The notes under the pieces were generated by a model that had not been told where the DNA came from, ran no database searches, and was given only the letters and a program-made list of their open reading frames with translations. A DNA stretch of 64,000 bases from Kiritimatiellia bacterium (GTDB lineage Bacteria; Verrucomicrobiota; Kiritimatiellia; CAIQIC01; Lenti-01), in NCBI GenBank assembly GCA_050176815.1, contig JBFXHR010000012.1, positions 15-64,014 on the forward strand, given 5' to 3'. Made by a program: the position numbers and the translations under genes. Shown in pieces: positions 9,348 to 18,839 of this stretch (position 1 is the first letter of the stretch; the number at the start of each line of letters is the position of its first letter).

Positions 9348-12347
9348 TCAGGGCACCACGGTCCACCGGCCGGGCCAGAGGGCGGCTCGGCGCTGGATGG
9401 CCGGCGCATCGCTGCGCCGGATTGGGACGCGGAATCCGCTTTGGGACTGGTAGAGGCCAACGGCGAGATCCAGCGGTCCGGGAGGCGTTCCGGCGGGAAT
9501 CGAGAGGCGGCGCGTCTCCGCGAGGCCTTCGCGGGCGACGGGCCGGAGAGAAGCGTCGCCCCACAGGAGAAACAAGCCCCGGTAGTCGTCCTGCGCCACG
9601 AGCGCGCCGCGGGAATCGCGCACGTGGATGAACGTGATTTCCTGCCCGGGCTCGAAGCCGGCGGCGGCGGACCAATGCAGGCGCACCTCGATTTCGCCTC
9701 CGGCCTTCGCGTCCACGGGCCCGGTCTCGACGCCTTCGAGCCAAATGCCGTTGGCGAATTCCGTCGCGCAGGGCTTTTCCGGAAGATCGGCGGACTCGCG
9801 GCGGACCTGGACGGCCCGCGCGCCGCCGAGCCGCGCGACGGTCTCTTCCGGCAGCGCGGCCAGCGCGGCGGGACGCCAGCGAACGACCTCCTCCAGCAGC
9901 GCTGGTTGCGTTTTGCCGGTCTCTTTTCCCGCGCAAAGGCGGCGAATCGCCTCGGCCGCGCGCGCGGAGGAGTTGCCCAGCAGCAGGGTTTCGCCCGTCC
10001 ATCGGACAGCGGGCGGCAGCCCCAGGCCATCGGCAGTCCATCCGCCGGCGTTCACGGAGAAGACGCACCACTTGTTCACCGTGTCGAACTGGAATTCCGC
10101 GCCGTGGGCCCCGAGGGCGTGGCGCATGGCGTCCTCGTAGCGGGGTTCCACGATGAACACGCCAGGCCGCTCCGCCGCCACGCTCCCGTCGCGCGCGACG
10201 TTTCCCGGAGGGAAAACCCGGGCGGCCAGGCCCGCGAGCCGCTCTTCGGGAACCCATCGGCCGGCGAGCAACTGGTTGGAAATCCAGCGCGGCGCATAGA
10301 CGGCGGTCTCCGGCGCGCGTTTGAGCAGCCATTTGCCCAGCGCCTCCACCGCCGCGCTCGTATGGCGCCGAAGCAGGCCCTCGGAGGAATCCAGCGCGAC
10401 GACTTCCGCGAGACGCCAGCCCAGGCTGCGTCCACTCGCCTGCGCGTCGAGCAAGGTGATGCGCAGCGCCTGCGCGCCGGCCGCTTCCAGGCGGAATTCC
10501 GGGCGCGCCAGGCCGGACGAAAAATAGAGGCGCGGGCCGGAGCCTTCCAGCGGATTGACCGGTTCGTCCGCGAGCAGCGTTCGCCATTCGCCGCCGATCT
10601 GGACTTCCACGCGGATGCGGAACGAAAAGGCGAACGGATCCTCCACGATCGAGTGGGCGAACGCGAGCTGGATGGAATGGACGTCCTGCGGCTGGACGAA
10701 GGTCCATTCCAACGGGACGGCCGGCGCGGCGCCGGGCGACCAGAACGTGTCGAGGTTGCGATCCATGAGCGCGGATCTCCAGTCCCGGCCCGCGCCGTCG
10801 CGAAGGCTTTCGGTGTTTTCGGCCGGAATCTCCCGCAGCGAGACCGGAGGCCGGCGCACGTTGTACAGCAGGCTCCGGCGGCCGACCGCGATGGATTCCC
10901 ATTGCGCGCCCTGCTGGACCAGGAAGGAACCCACGCCGTTGAAGTCGGACGAATACGCGGGGGCATCCGACAGCTCCGCGCGGCGCAGGATGGGTTCGTA
11001 GAATTTTTGCCGGCCGTTGGACACGGCGAAGCGCTCGTCCAGCGCGAAGTTCAGCGGGAACAGCTGGATGGGCGCCAGCAGGGCGTCCGCCCCGGCGCGG
11101 GCGAGCGCCTCGCCGATGTCGCGATAGCCCGCCAGCGTCGCCGCGGATTTATGCCCCGACGCCGCCAGGGACGAGAGCGCCAACGCCCCTTGCCCCGCCG
11201 CGAGGGCGACGAGCAGGCCCCACGCCGCCGCCCGAAACGCCCGGGATCCGGACGCCGCGCACGCCACCCCCGCCAGCACCGCCAGGGCCGGCACCAGCGG
11301 AACCCAGTAGCGCGCCGTGTGGGTCCGGGTGAAGCCGGACGTCGCGAAGACCAGCGCGAACAGCGCGCAAAAAAGGATTGCGCCGCTCCGCGCATAGTTT
11401 TCCGGAAGCGAAGCCCGGCGCCGGGAAGCCATCGCCCTAAAAACCCCGGCCCCGGCCAGCCCCAGCACGACCGCGGCCAAGACCAGCGGCAACCCCGATC
11501 CCGCCGCGTTCCGCCCCTGCTGCAGCAACAAAAAGCGGTTCCACGAGTTGGACAGCGCTTCGCGCAGCGGCGCGTGCCCGCCGATCTGCGACATCGCCAG
11601 CGACGCCCACCCGTGCCGCGCGTTCCACGCCAGCCACGGCGCGAAGCCCAGGGCGAAACCCGCCAGGCCGGACGCGATCCCCGCCGGATGCCGCCAGAAC
11701 TTCCCGCGCATGCCGTGCAGCAGCAGCAGCGCGGCCGCGCCCAGCGCCGGCGCCACGATCATGTTCGACCACGCCCCGATACCCGCCAGCAGGCCCAGCG
11801 CGAAATAGCGCCCCCCCCCGACCGCATGCCCCCCGCGCAGACGGGCCGCCATCCGCGCCGCCGCGAAAATCGCCAGCGCATCCACGAACAGCGCGACCAT
11901 GTAGCCGCCCCGCGGGGCCGCCTGGAACTGGAAATAGACCAGCGGGCCAAACAGCCCCGCCAGCACGGCCGCCAGCCCACCCCGCGGGCCGGCGGCGTCG
12001 CGCGCCCAGCGCCACAACAAGAACAGCGCCGCCGACGCGAACAGCGCCGGACCCAGATTCACCGCGAATCCGTTCGATCCCAGCAGGCCCACCATCAGCG
12101 CGCTGGCCATCGGCTCGAGGCTGCCCATATAGGCCTGGCCGTAGAAAAAGACCGGGAACTCCTTCAGCGCGGCCATGTGGCGGGCCATCAGCGCGACCAC
12201 CGTCGAATCCGGATCCCCGATGCCCCGCGCCGCCCACGCCCCCGCGACCCGGACGGCGACGCCCAGCAGCAGCAGCGCCGCCGCCAGCCGATCGGCCCAA
12301 TCCCCGCGCTTCGTCGTTTCCGTCGCGTCGCTCATCGGGTCGCTCAA
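9348..12347 (-). CDS. PMT_2/GT39-like GT-C membrane glycosyltransferase fused to a C-terminal discoidin (F5/8 type C)-like domain
   Basis: N-terminal HMAALKEFPVFFYGQAYMGSLEP... and multiple TM helices (PMT_2-like). C-terminal segment ALMDRNLDTFWSPGAAPAVPLEWTFVQPQDVHSIQLAFA resembles the discoidin NxDxxTxW motif. 999 aa. Confidence 0.65.
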   Translation of the reverse strand: MSDPMSDATETTKRGDWADRLAAALLLLGVAVRVAGAWAARGIGDPDSTVVALMARHMAALKEFPVFFYGQAYMGSLEPMASALMVGLLGSNGFAVNLGPALFASAALFLLWRWARDAAGPRGGLAAVLAGLFGPLVYFQFQAAPRGGYMVALFVDALAIFAAARMAARLRGGHAVGGGRYFALGLLAGIGAWSNMIVAPALGAAALLLLHGMRGKFWRHPAGIASGLAGFALGFAPWLAWNARHGWASLAMSQIGGHAPLREALSNSWNRFLLLQQGRNAAGSGLPLVLAAVVLGLAGAGVFRAMASRRRASLPENYARSGAILFCALFALVFATSGFTRTHTARYWVPLVPALAVLAGVACAASGSRAFRAAAWGLLVALAAGQGALALSSLAASGHKSAATLAGYRDIGEALARAGADALLAPIQLFPLNFALDERFAVSNGRQKFYEPILRRAELSDAPAYSSDFNGVGSFLVQQGAQWESIAVGRRSLLYNVRRPPVSLREIPAENTESLRDGAGRDWRSALMDRNLDTFWSPGAAPAVPLEWTFVQPQDVHSIQLAFAHSIVEDPFAFSFRIRVEVQIGGEWRTLLADEPVNPLEGSGPRLYFSSGLARPEFRLEAAGAQALRITLLDAQASGRSLGWRLAEVVALDSSEGLLRRHTSAAVEALGKWLLKRAPETAVYAPRWISNQLLAGRWVPEERLAGLAARVFPPGNVARDGSVAAERPGVFIVEPRYEDAMRHALGAHGAEFQFDTVNKWCVFSVNAGGWTADGLGLPPAVRWTGETLLLGNSSARAAEAIRRLCAGKETGKTQPALLEEVVRWRPAALAALPEETVARLGGARAVQVRRESADLPEKPCATEFANGIWLEGVETGPVDAKAGGEIEVRLHWSAAAGFEPGQEITFIHVRDSRGALVAQDDYRGLFLLWGDASLRPVAREGLAETRRLSIPAGTPPGPLDLAVGLYQSQSGFRVPIRRSDAPAIQRRAALWPGRWTVVP

Positions 12348-14455
12348 TGGTGGAACCGTCCGTCGAAATTGGGTTTCACCGGCGCCGCGGGCGGACGGTA
12401 TCCGATCTCCACGCGGCCGTGGCCGCCCGGCTGGACCGCGATGAACCGCAGGTTTTCATCCACGGCGAAGGGCCCGATGGAAGCGCCCGGCGTGCGGCAG
12501 AACAGCCCGTCGCGCCAGTTGTAGCGGATCACGACCCGGGGCGCCGACGGATCGGCGGGAAAGACCTCGATGCGATTCTCCCGGGCCTCGACCCGCCCGG
12601 TCCCTTCGAGGAAGCGCGTCGCCGGTTCGTCGCCAACCACCCGGTAGACCTCGAACTCGCGCCCCGGCATCCGCATCGATTTCACCCGTTCGAAGGCGCC
12701 GGGATGGGCCGCAAGAAAATCCTTCGCATGGGGCGACGACGCCACCCAGTGCGTAATGCCGTAGGCCCGGGAAAAGAACAGGTAGCCCTCGAGGGTGCGG
12801 CGGTAGAAGGCGGGCGGATAATTGTATTCAATCGTGCCGCGCGGAAAGCCGTAGTAGTCGTCGGCCATCATTTCGCGGCCGGCCAGGACAGGCAAATAGG
12901 CGATGTTGCCGCCGCCGTAGGAGTGGATGTTTCGCCCGGCGAAACCCAGCCGCCCTTCCACGGGCACTTCCGCGCGGATCCAGTCCGCGAACTCGCGGAT
13001 TTCGGCCGGCATCGTGCGCAGGGGCGCCGGGCCGTGGTTCGCATAGTGCATGTGCACGACGCGGAACCCGAACAGCACCGTCGCCAACGCGATGCCTTGC
13101 GCGGCGGCCCGCGCCCAGCGGCGGCCGCGCCCGGCGGCGCCCGGTTCCCCGCCGCCGAACAGGCGATCGCCCAGCGCCGCGGCCGGCAAGACCGCCGCCA
13201 CGGCCATGGGAATCGCCATGCGGTCGAGCTGGGAAAACGGCTTCCATTCGCGGCTCCAGCCGGCGATCGCGGCCAACACCCCGAACAGCGGCAGCATCCA
13301 GCGGCGCAAGCCGCGCGGGGCGGCCGCCAATCCCAGCAGGCCGAAAAACAGCAGCGCCGGATGCCATTCCTGGACGTCGATTCCCAGCCGCTTTGCGCCG
13401 TTCCACGCCAGGACGCCCCACCCCGGCCGTTCCAGCGCGGTGCCGACGTATTCCACCACGTTGCGGCAGGGGAACCACGTCGTCCAGAACCACGGCGCCA
13501 GCAAGGCCAGCGCCAGCGCCCCCGCCGCGAACACCCACCGGTTCGAGCGCCCCGACCCCGCGCGGACATTCCACAGCCAGCCCAGCGCAAGCCCCGCGGC
13601 GACGAATACGCCCGGCGTCCACAAGCACATCAGCCACGCCGAGATCCCCAGCGCCAGCGCCGTGCCGAACCCCCCGCGCCGCAACACCGCCAGCCGATAG
13701 CCCAGCGCCGCGACGGGCAACGCCGCCATCGCCGAAGCCATCGCCCCCACCGTGCCGAAATGCCACGTCCAGATGAAGGCCTCGCGGCTGGCGCCGCACA
13801 GCAGCAGGCCCGCGAACAGCGCGCCGGGCCACCCCACCCCCGCCGACCGGACCGCCGCCGCGCCGAGCCACGGAAAGGCGAACACAAACCAGAAAATGAG
13901 CGCCGCGCCATAGAACGCGTGCGGTTCCCACAGCTTCAGCAAGGGCCAAATCAGCACGCCGAACCCGTGCGCCCCGCTCGTCACGCCCACGAAATGCTCG
14001 ATGCCCGCGTTCCACCACGGGTTGTAGCCGCCGAGCGCGAACGGGAACAGATCGCCGAATTCCTTCAGGCGAAACATGAACGACGGGTGGTCGAAGCCCC
14101 ACGGCACCGTGCCGCCCGCGACGCCCCACGCCGCATGCGCAAAAACACACTGGCATCCCAGCCACAGCGCCGCCAGCACCGCCGGCCATCCCCGGCGCAG
14201 GCGCGCGCCGCCGACGAAAAACGCCGCCGCCAGCGCAACGGAAACCGCGATGAATTTGAGGCTCGTGGACGTCCACCACGGCGCCAGGAAAAACCAGGAG
14301 GGTCCCCGCTGCCCGTTCCACGCCAGCGTCTGCCCCATCCCCAGCACGTAGGCGCCCATCGCCGCCGCCAGCAGGGGCGGAATCCACCACCGGCCCGGAT
14401 TCGCTCCGCGTTCGCCCGCGATCGGTTGTCCGCCGTTCGACATGTCCCGCATCAT
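12344..14455 (-). CDS. Polytopic membrane protein (putative GT-C-like) with a C-terminal soluble domain
   Basis: 703-aa ORF. N-terminal 450 aa very hydrophobic (multiple TM). C-terminal about 230 aa soluble. The stop overlaps the downstream gene start (ATGA at 12344-12347), indicating an operon with 9348..12347. Confidence 0.55.
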   Translation of the reverse strand: MMRDMSNGGQPIAGERGANPGRWWIPPLLAAAMGAYVLGMGQTLAWNGQRGPSWFFLAPWWTSTSLKFIAVSVALAAAFFVGGARLRRGWPAVLAALWLGCQCVFAHAAWGVAGGTVPWGFDHPSFMFRLKEFGDLFPFALGGYNPWWNAGIEHFVGVTSGAHGFGVLIWPLLKLWEPHAFYGAALIFWFVFAFPWLGAAAVRSAGVGWPGALFAGLLLCGASREAFIWTWHFGTVGAMASAMAALPVAALGYRLAVLRRGGFGTALALGISAWLMCLWTPGVFVAAGLALGWLWNVRAGSGRSNRWVFAAGALALALLAPWFWTTWFPCRNVVEYVGTALERPGWGVLAWNGAKRLGIDVQEWHPALLFFGLLGLAAAPRGLRRWMLPLFGVLAAIAGWSREWKPFSQLDRMAIPMAVAAVLPAAALGDRLFGGGEPGAAGRGRRWARAAAQGIALATVLFGFRVVHMHYANHGPAPLRTMPAEIREFADWIRAEVPVEGRLGFAGRNIHSYGGGNIAYLPVLAGREMMADDYYGFPRGTIEYNYPPAFYRRTLEGYLFFSRAYGITHWVASSPHAKDFLAAHPGAFERVKSMRMPGREFEVYRVVGDEPATRFLEGTGRVEARENRIEVFPADPSAPRVVIRYNWRDGLFCRTPGASIGPFAVDENLRFIAVQPGGHGRVEIGYRPPAAPVKPNFDGRFHH

Positions 14456-14472
14456 AGCACGCCGCAGGCGCC

Positions 14473-16551
14473 CTACAATTCAAACGTGTCCACGGGGCAT
14501 TCCGGCAGCGACCGCAGGAAGACGCGCCCGTACCATTTGGCGAGGAGGCGCGAATCGAGCACCACCACGATGCCTTCGTCGGTCTGCGAGCGCAGCAGGC
14601 GCCCGAAGCCCTGCCGGAATTTCAGCACCGCCTCCGGCAACGAATAGTCCCGGAACGGGTCGCCGCCTTTTTCCTTGATGCGCTTCAGCCGCGCCGCCAC
14701 CACGGGATGGTCCGGCACGGCGAACGGCAGGCGCGTGAGAATCACGTTGCGGAGCGCGTCGCCGCGCACGTCCACGCCCATCCAGAAACTGTCCAGTCCG
14801 AACAGCACGAAGCCCTTGTCTTCCCGAAACGTCTCCAGCATCGTGCGCCGCCCCAACCCCTCGCCCTGCGCCAGCAGCGTCAATCCGGCTTTTTCCAGAG
14901 GCTCGCGCAGGGCCGCGGCCGTCCGCTTCAGCAGTTCGCCGCTGGTAAAAAGCGCGAAGGCGCGCCCGCGCGTCTTCAGCGACCAGCGCAGGACGCCTTT
15001 GGCGACGGCCTCGGCGAACGCCTCCTTGTCCTTCGGATCGGGCGCGTTGGACGCCACGTGCAGGCGCATCTGCCGCGCATGGTCGAACGGCGACCCCAGG
15101 CAAAGCAATCCGCACCCGTCCCCCGCGCCGAGCCGGTCCCGGACGTATTCCAAATGGCCGCCCACCGCCAGCGTGGCGCTGGTCAGGACCACGCAGGGCA
15201 TGGCCTCGAAGAGCGCCGCATGCAGGAGCGGCGCCACCTCGATCGGCGCCGAGTGCAACACCGGCTGGCGGCGCTTGCCCTCGCGTTCGATCCAGTACAC
15301 GTGGTCCGGCAGCGACTGCCCCAAAAACGCCGCCAGCTGGTCGCCCAGCTCCGCCCCCTGTCCCCGCAAGCCGCGCAGCTCGGTCCGCGATTCTTCGTCC
15401 TGGTCTTCCAGTTCCTCGATCAGCGTCCCGAGGCGTCCAGACAGTTCCCGCAGCAGGTCGGGCACGTCGGTTTCCACCGCCAGCGGCCCCGGCACCGTTT
15501 TCTGGTCGTCGCGCGGGCCCAGCCCCGCCGCGCGCGGCACCGCATGGAACAGTTCCGCCGCCGCGTCCCACAGGCGCGTCGCCGTCTGCGCCGCCGGTCC
15601 GGCGCGCAGATAGCCCAGCAACCCCTTGCCCGTATCCGGAGAGAACAGCCGCCGCAGCCAGTGTTCGAACGAGTGCGGCGAAAGCCGGATGCCCAGATGG
15701 TCGCTCGCGGTGTCCTCGACCGTATGCGCCTCGTCCAGCACCACGGCGGCCACGTCGGGCAAAAAGCCCGCGCCCGCGCGCCGCAGGGCCAGATCGGAAA
15801 AGAACAGGTGGTGGTTGGCCACCAGCAGGTCGGCATCGCGCATCTTGGCGCGCGCCCGCTGCAGGAAACACCGCTGCCGCTCCGGGCATTTCGTCCCCAT
15901 GCAGTTGCCGTGCTCGGCGCAGACCGCGCTCCAGGCCTCGGCCGACGGCGGCCGGCGCATTTCCTGCACGCTGCCGTCTTCCGTGCGGTCCGCCCAGGCG
16001 CGGATGCGTTCCAGTTCCTCGGCCAGGCCTTCGCCGAACAGGTCCCGCTGGTGGTGGCGGGCGCGCGCCAGCCGGCGCAGGCACAGGTAGTTCATGCGCC
16101 CCTTCACCAGCGTGGCCCGGAACGGCGTCCCCAGCCGTTCCTGCAGCAGCGGAAGATCCTTGCCGACGAGTTGTTCCTGCAGCGAAATCGTGTGCGTGGA
16201 CACCATCGCGCGCGTGCCGGAACGCTTGGCGTGCAGAATCAGCGGCACCAGATAGGCCAGGCTTTTCCCCACCCCCGTTCCCGCCTCCACGACCAGATGC
16301 CGGTGGGCATCGAGCGCGTCGGCCACCGCGCGCGCCATGTCGACCTGCTGGGGCCGCGCCTCGTATTCGAAATCCCCGATGGGGGCGTCCGCCAAGACGC
16401 CGCCGGGAGCGAACGCCGCGCAGGCGGCCTCGCGCAACGGAGGACCGACGGGCGCGGAAACGCCCTGGATCGGCGCAATCACGGAGGGGGCTTTCGGCGC
16501 CGCGGGACGGGAGCGCGGCGCTCTATTCTTCCGGCGCGGCAGCCGGCGCAT
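14473..16551 (-). CDS. dinG: DinG/Rad3-family ATP-dependent DNA helicase
   Basis: FEYEARPQQVDMARAV (Q motif), GTGVGKSLAYLVP (Walker A), VVLDEAHTVED (DEAH), 4-Cys cluster CAEHGNCMGTKCPERQRC (Fe-S). Start placed at MRRLPRR (16551). The ORF-track N-terminal basic extension is doubtful. Confidence 0.8.
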   Translation of the reverse strand: MRRLPRRKNRAPRSRPAAPKAPSVIAPIQGVSAPVGPPLREAACAAFAPGGVLADAPIGDFEYEARPQQVDMARAVADALDAHRHLVVEAGTGVGKSLAYLVPLILHAKRSGTRAMVSTHTISLQEQLVGKDLPLLQERLGTPFRATLVKGRMNYLCLRRLARARHHQRDLFGEGLAEELERIRAWADRTEDGSVQEMRRPPSAEAWSAVCAEHGNCMGTKCPERQRCFLQRARAKMRDADLLVANHHLFFSDLALRRAGAGFLPDVAAVVLDEAHTVEDTASDHLGIRLSPHSFEHWLRRLFSPDTGKGLLGYLRAGPAAQTATRLWDAAAELFHAVPRAAGLGPRDDQKTVPGPLAVETDVPDLLRELSGRLGTLIEELEDQDEESRTELRGLRGQGAELGDQLAAFLGQSLPDHVYWIEREGKRRQPVLHSAPIEVAPLLHAALFEAMPCVVLTSATLAVGGHLEYVRDRLGAGDGCGLLCLGSPFDHARQMRLHVASNAPDPKDKEAFAEAVAKGVLRWSLKTRGRAFALFTSGELLKRTAAALREPLEKAGLTLLAQGEGLGRRTMLETFREDKGFVLFGLDSFWMGVDVRGDALRNVILTRLPFAVPDHPVVAARLKRIKEKGGDPFRDYSLPEAVLKFRQGFGRLLRSQTDEGIVVVLDSRLLAKWYGRVFLRSLPECPVDTFEL

Positions 16552-17611
16552 CGGCCGCGGCTTCCGCGGGCGCCGTCTCCGGCGCGGCGGCTTTCGACGC
16601 GACCGATGGGGCGATTTCCGCCAGCGGACCGGCAAACTTGATGGTCGCCTTGTCCCGCAGTTCCCCGATGTAGTCGTTCACGATTTTCTGCTGGGCCTTG
16701 GCTTTCATCGAGGCTTCCAGCCGTCCCTTGACTTCGTCGAACGGAACGACTTTCTTTTCCTGCTCTCCCGTCGCCCGGATCACGTGGAAGCCCACGGGCG
16801 ACTCCACCACTTCGCCGATTTCGCCGATGTTCTGGCCGTAGACGGCGTCTTCGAACGCTTTGTCCTCGCGCCCCTTGGGAATCACGCCCAGCGCGCCCCC
16901 GCGGCTGCGGCTCATGCACTCCGACACCTCGCCGGCGAGTTTTCCGAAATCGGCGCCTTCCAGCAGCGCCTTGCGGATGCCTTCCGCCTTCGCGCGCAGA
17001 TCGGCCTTGGCCGCTTCGGCCGCGTCTTTCGGCACCCGGACGAGGATATGCGAAGCCAGGCGCCCTTCCGGCTGGGTGAACTCTTCCAGATGCGCATCGT
17101 AGTAGGCCTTGGCCGTTTCGTCCGTCACCTCGGCGAACGCCGATTCCAAGCGATCCCGCAGGACTTTGTTCTTGAACAGGTCCAGGCGGAGATTCATCTC
17201 CACCTCTTCCATCGGGACGTTCGCATTCGCCAGCAGCATCGTCAGCGAGCCGCCCGGCAGTCCCTTTTCGAGATCCTTCTTGCCCTGCTCGATTTCCTCC
17301 TGCGAGACCAGCACGCCCGAACGTTCCATTTCCGCCTTCACCAACTGGCGGATCACCAGGTTGTCCACCGCCTGCTGCAGCACCTTCGCCTGCGCCGCCG
17401 ACATCTGTTCCGCCGGCAGATCCTTCGGCACGCTCGCAAACAGCCGGCCGGCCTCCTGCTGGATCTGGCCGGTGGTCAAGCCCACCTGATCCACCCAGAC
17501 CGACACTTCCGAGGCCCCGCCCCGGGGCTGGACCACCTGCGCGTCCTTCTTCCCGCAGCCCGCCGCCAACACCAAAGCCGAAATCCCGATCCACCGAATG
17601 AACTGCGTCAT
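16523..17611 (-). CDS. Parvulin-type peptidyl-prolyl isomerase lipoprotein (SurA/PrsA-like)
   Basis: Signal peptide plus lipobox LAAGC. SurA-N-like chaperone region followed by a parvulin core (RLASHILVRV...GGALGVIPKGR...VVESPVGFHVIR). Confidence 0.75.
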   Translation of the reverse strand: MTQFIRWIGISALVLAAGCGKKDAQVVQPRGGASEVSVWVDQVGLTTGQIQQEAGRLFASVPKDLPAEQMSAAQAKVLQQAVDNLVIRQLVKAEMERSGVLVSQEEIEQGKKDLEKGLPGGSLTMLLANANVPMEEVEMNLRLDLFKNKVLRDRLESAFAEVTDETAKAYYDAHLEEFTQPEGRLASHILVRVPKDAAEAAKADLRAKAEGIRKALLEGADFGKLAGEVSECMSRSRGGALGVIPKGREDKAFEDAVYGQNIGEIGEVVESPVGFHVIRATGEQEKKVVPFDEVKGRLEASMKAKAQQKIVNDYIGELRDKATIKFAGPLAEIAPSVASKAAAPETAPAEAAADAPAAAPEE

Positions 17612-17792
17612 GTTCTTTTTCCTTTCGCGCTATCTAGGCAAATCTTGAAAACAGCGGCATTTTCGGCCAATCCCCTCGAAAAGCAAGCCTCAAACTGGAG
17701 GGAAGGAAAAACCGGACGCCCGAAAAATGGGGTTTCCTCCGCCGGCCAAACCTGTATGCTGCCCCCCCCAGCAACCATGGACCCCAAACGAC

Positions 17793-18503
17793 ATGGCCAC
17801 CACCCTATTCATCCCCACCCTGAACGAGCTCGAAGCCATGCGCGTCGTCCTGCCCCAGATCGACCGGTCGTGGGTGGACCAGATCCTGGTCGTCGACGGC
17901 TCGACCGACGGCACCGCCGACTACGCCCGCGAGCACGGCTGCGAGGTCGTGGTCCAAAAGGAAAAAGGCCTGCGCCATGCCTTCATCGAAGGCTTTCCCC
18001 ACGTGCGCGGCGACTGGGTCATTACGTTCAGCCCCGACGGAAATTCGCCCGTCCGCGCCATCCCTCTCCTCATCGAAGAAATGAAAAAGGGCTACGACAT
18101 GGTGATCGCGTCCCGCTACCTGCCCCCGGCCAGGAGCGACGACGACGATCCCATGACCGCCTTCGGCAACTGGCTGTTCACGCACGCGATCAACGTCCTG
18201 CATGGACACGCCTGGAACCGCCCCTACACCGACGCGATGGTGATGTACCGCATCTACCGCACGAAGCTCTTCTACGAGCTGGACCTGGACCAGGAAGAAA
18301 GCTACGCCCCGGAAAAATGGTTCGGCACCATCCTCGGCATCGAGCCGCTGCTGTCCATCCGCGCCGCCAAGAAAAGGGTCAAGATCGGGGAAATCCCGGA
18401 AGACGAGCCCGCGCGCATCGGCGGCAAGCGCAAGCTCCAGCCCTTCCGCTGGGGCGGCGCCTACATGAGCCAGGTCTGGCGCGAATTGTATTTCTGGAAA
18501 TAG
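17793..18503 (+). CDS. GT2-family glycosyltransferase (polyprenyl-phosphate sugar synthase-like)
   Basis: MATTLFIPTLNELEAM...ILVVDGSTDGTADYA...DMVIASRY. GT2 DxD-type nucleotide-sugar binding region. Start chosen at MATTLF rather than the ORF-track upstream M. Confidence 0.7.
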   Translation: MATTLFIPTLNELEAMRVVLPQIDRSWVDQILVVDGSTDGTADYAREHGCEVVVQKEKGLRHAFIEGFPHVRGDWVITFSPDGNSPVRAIPLLIEEMKKGYDMVIASRYLPPARSDDDDPMTAFGNWLFTHAINVLHGHAWNRPYTDAMVMYRIYRTKLFYELDLDQEESYAPEKWFGTILGIEPLLSIRAAKKRVKIGEIPEDEPARIGGKRKLQPFRWGGAYMSQVWRELYFWK

Positions 18504-18839
18504 CGCTTCGCCCATGGTCCGCGCGCCGACAACGCTTAGGCTGGCCGACCTGGTCCCCGCCCGCAATCCCGGAGAGCTTCGGCGTCGGGCGGTTGTCCAC
18601 AATCCGCACACGGCGTTTCGGCGCTTCGCGGAGAATTCCGGCGCCCAGGCATGGGGGGCCTTCGCGGACCCCGAAAGAGACGGGCCTCGGCGCATGGCTC
18701 GCCGCCGCCGTCCTCCGATTCTGGGCGCCGTCCGCCGGGCGGGGGATCGGATTGCTGACTTTTCCCTTTGCGCGGGGCGAGGATTCGGCAATACAAGAGG
18801 TTTTTCCATGAAGATCTTGTCCATAAAGGAATGCCCGAG

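Noticed and set aside
7263-12524. 1753-aa ORF on the plus strand spanning three minus-strand membrane-protein genes
   Set aside because: Arg/Gln/Pro-rich nonsense translation. Antisense to three coherent hydrophobic GT-C genes. GC-driven open frame.
8260-14483. Several 500-900-aa alternative-frame ORFs (8260..10902 -, 12347..14647 +, 12828..14483 -, 5547..7109 -, 5672..7723 +)
   Set aside because: All are overlapping or antisense frames of the annotated GT-C operon with Arg/Gly/Pro-dominated low-complexity sequence.
16337-18811. 824-aa plus-strand ORF and 17805..19952 / 19622..21022 minus-strand ORFs across the PPIase/GT2/epimerase region
   Set aside because: Alternative-frame artifacts. 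The real genes are the lipoprotein PPIase (-), GT2 (+), epimerase (+) and DPM1-like GT2 (+), which have clear family motifs.
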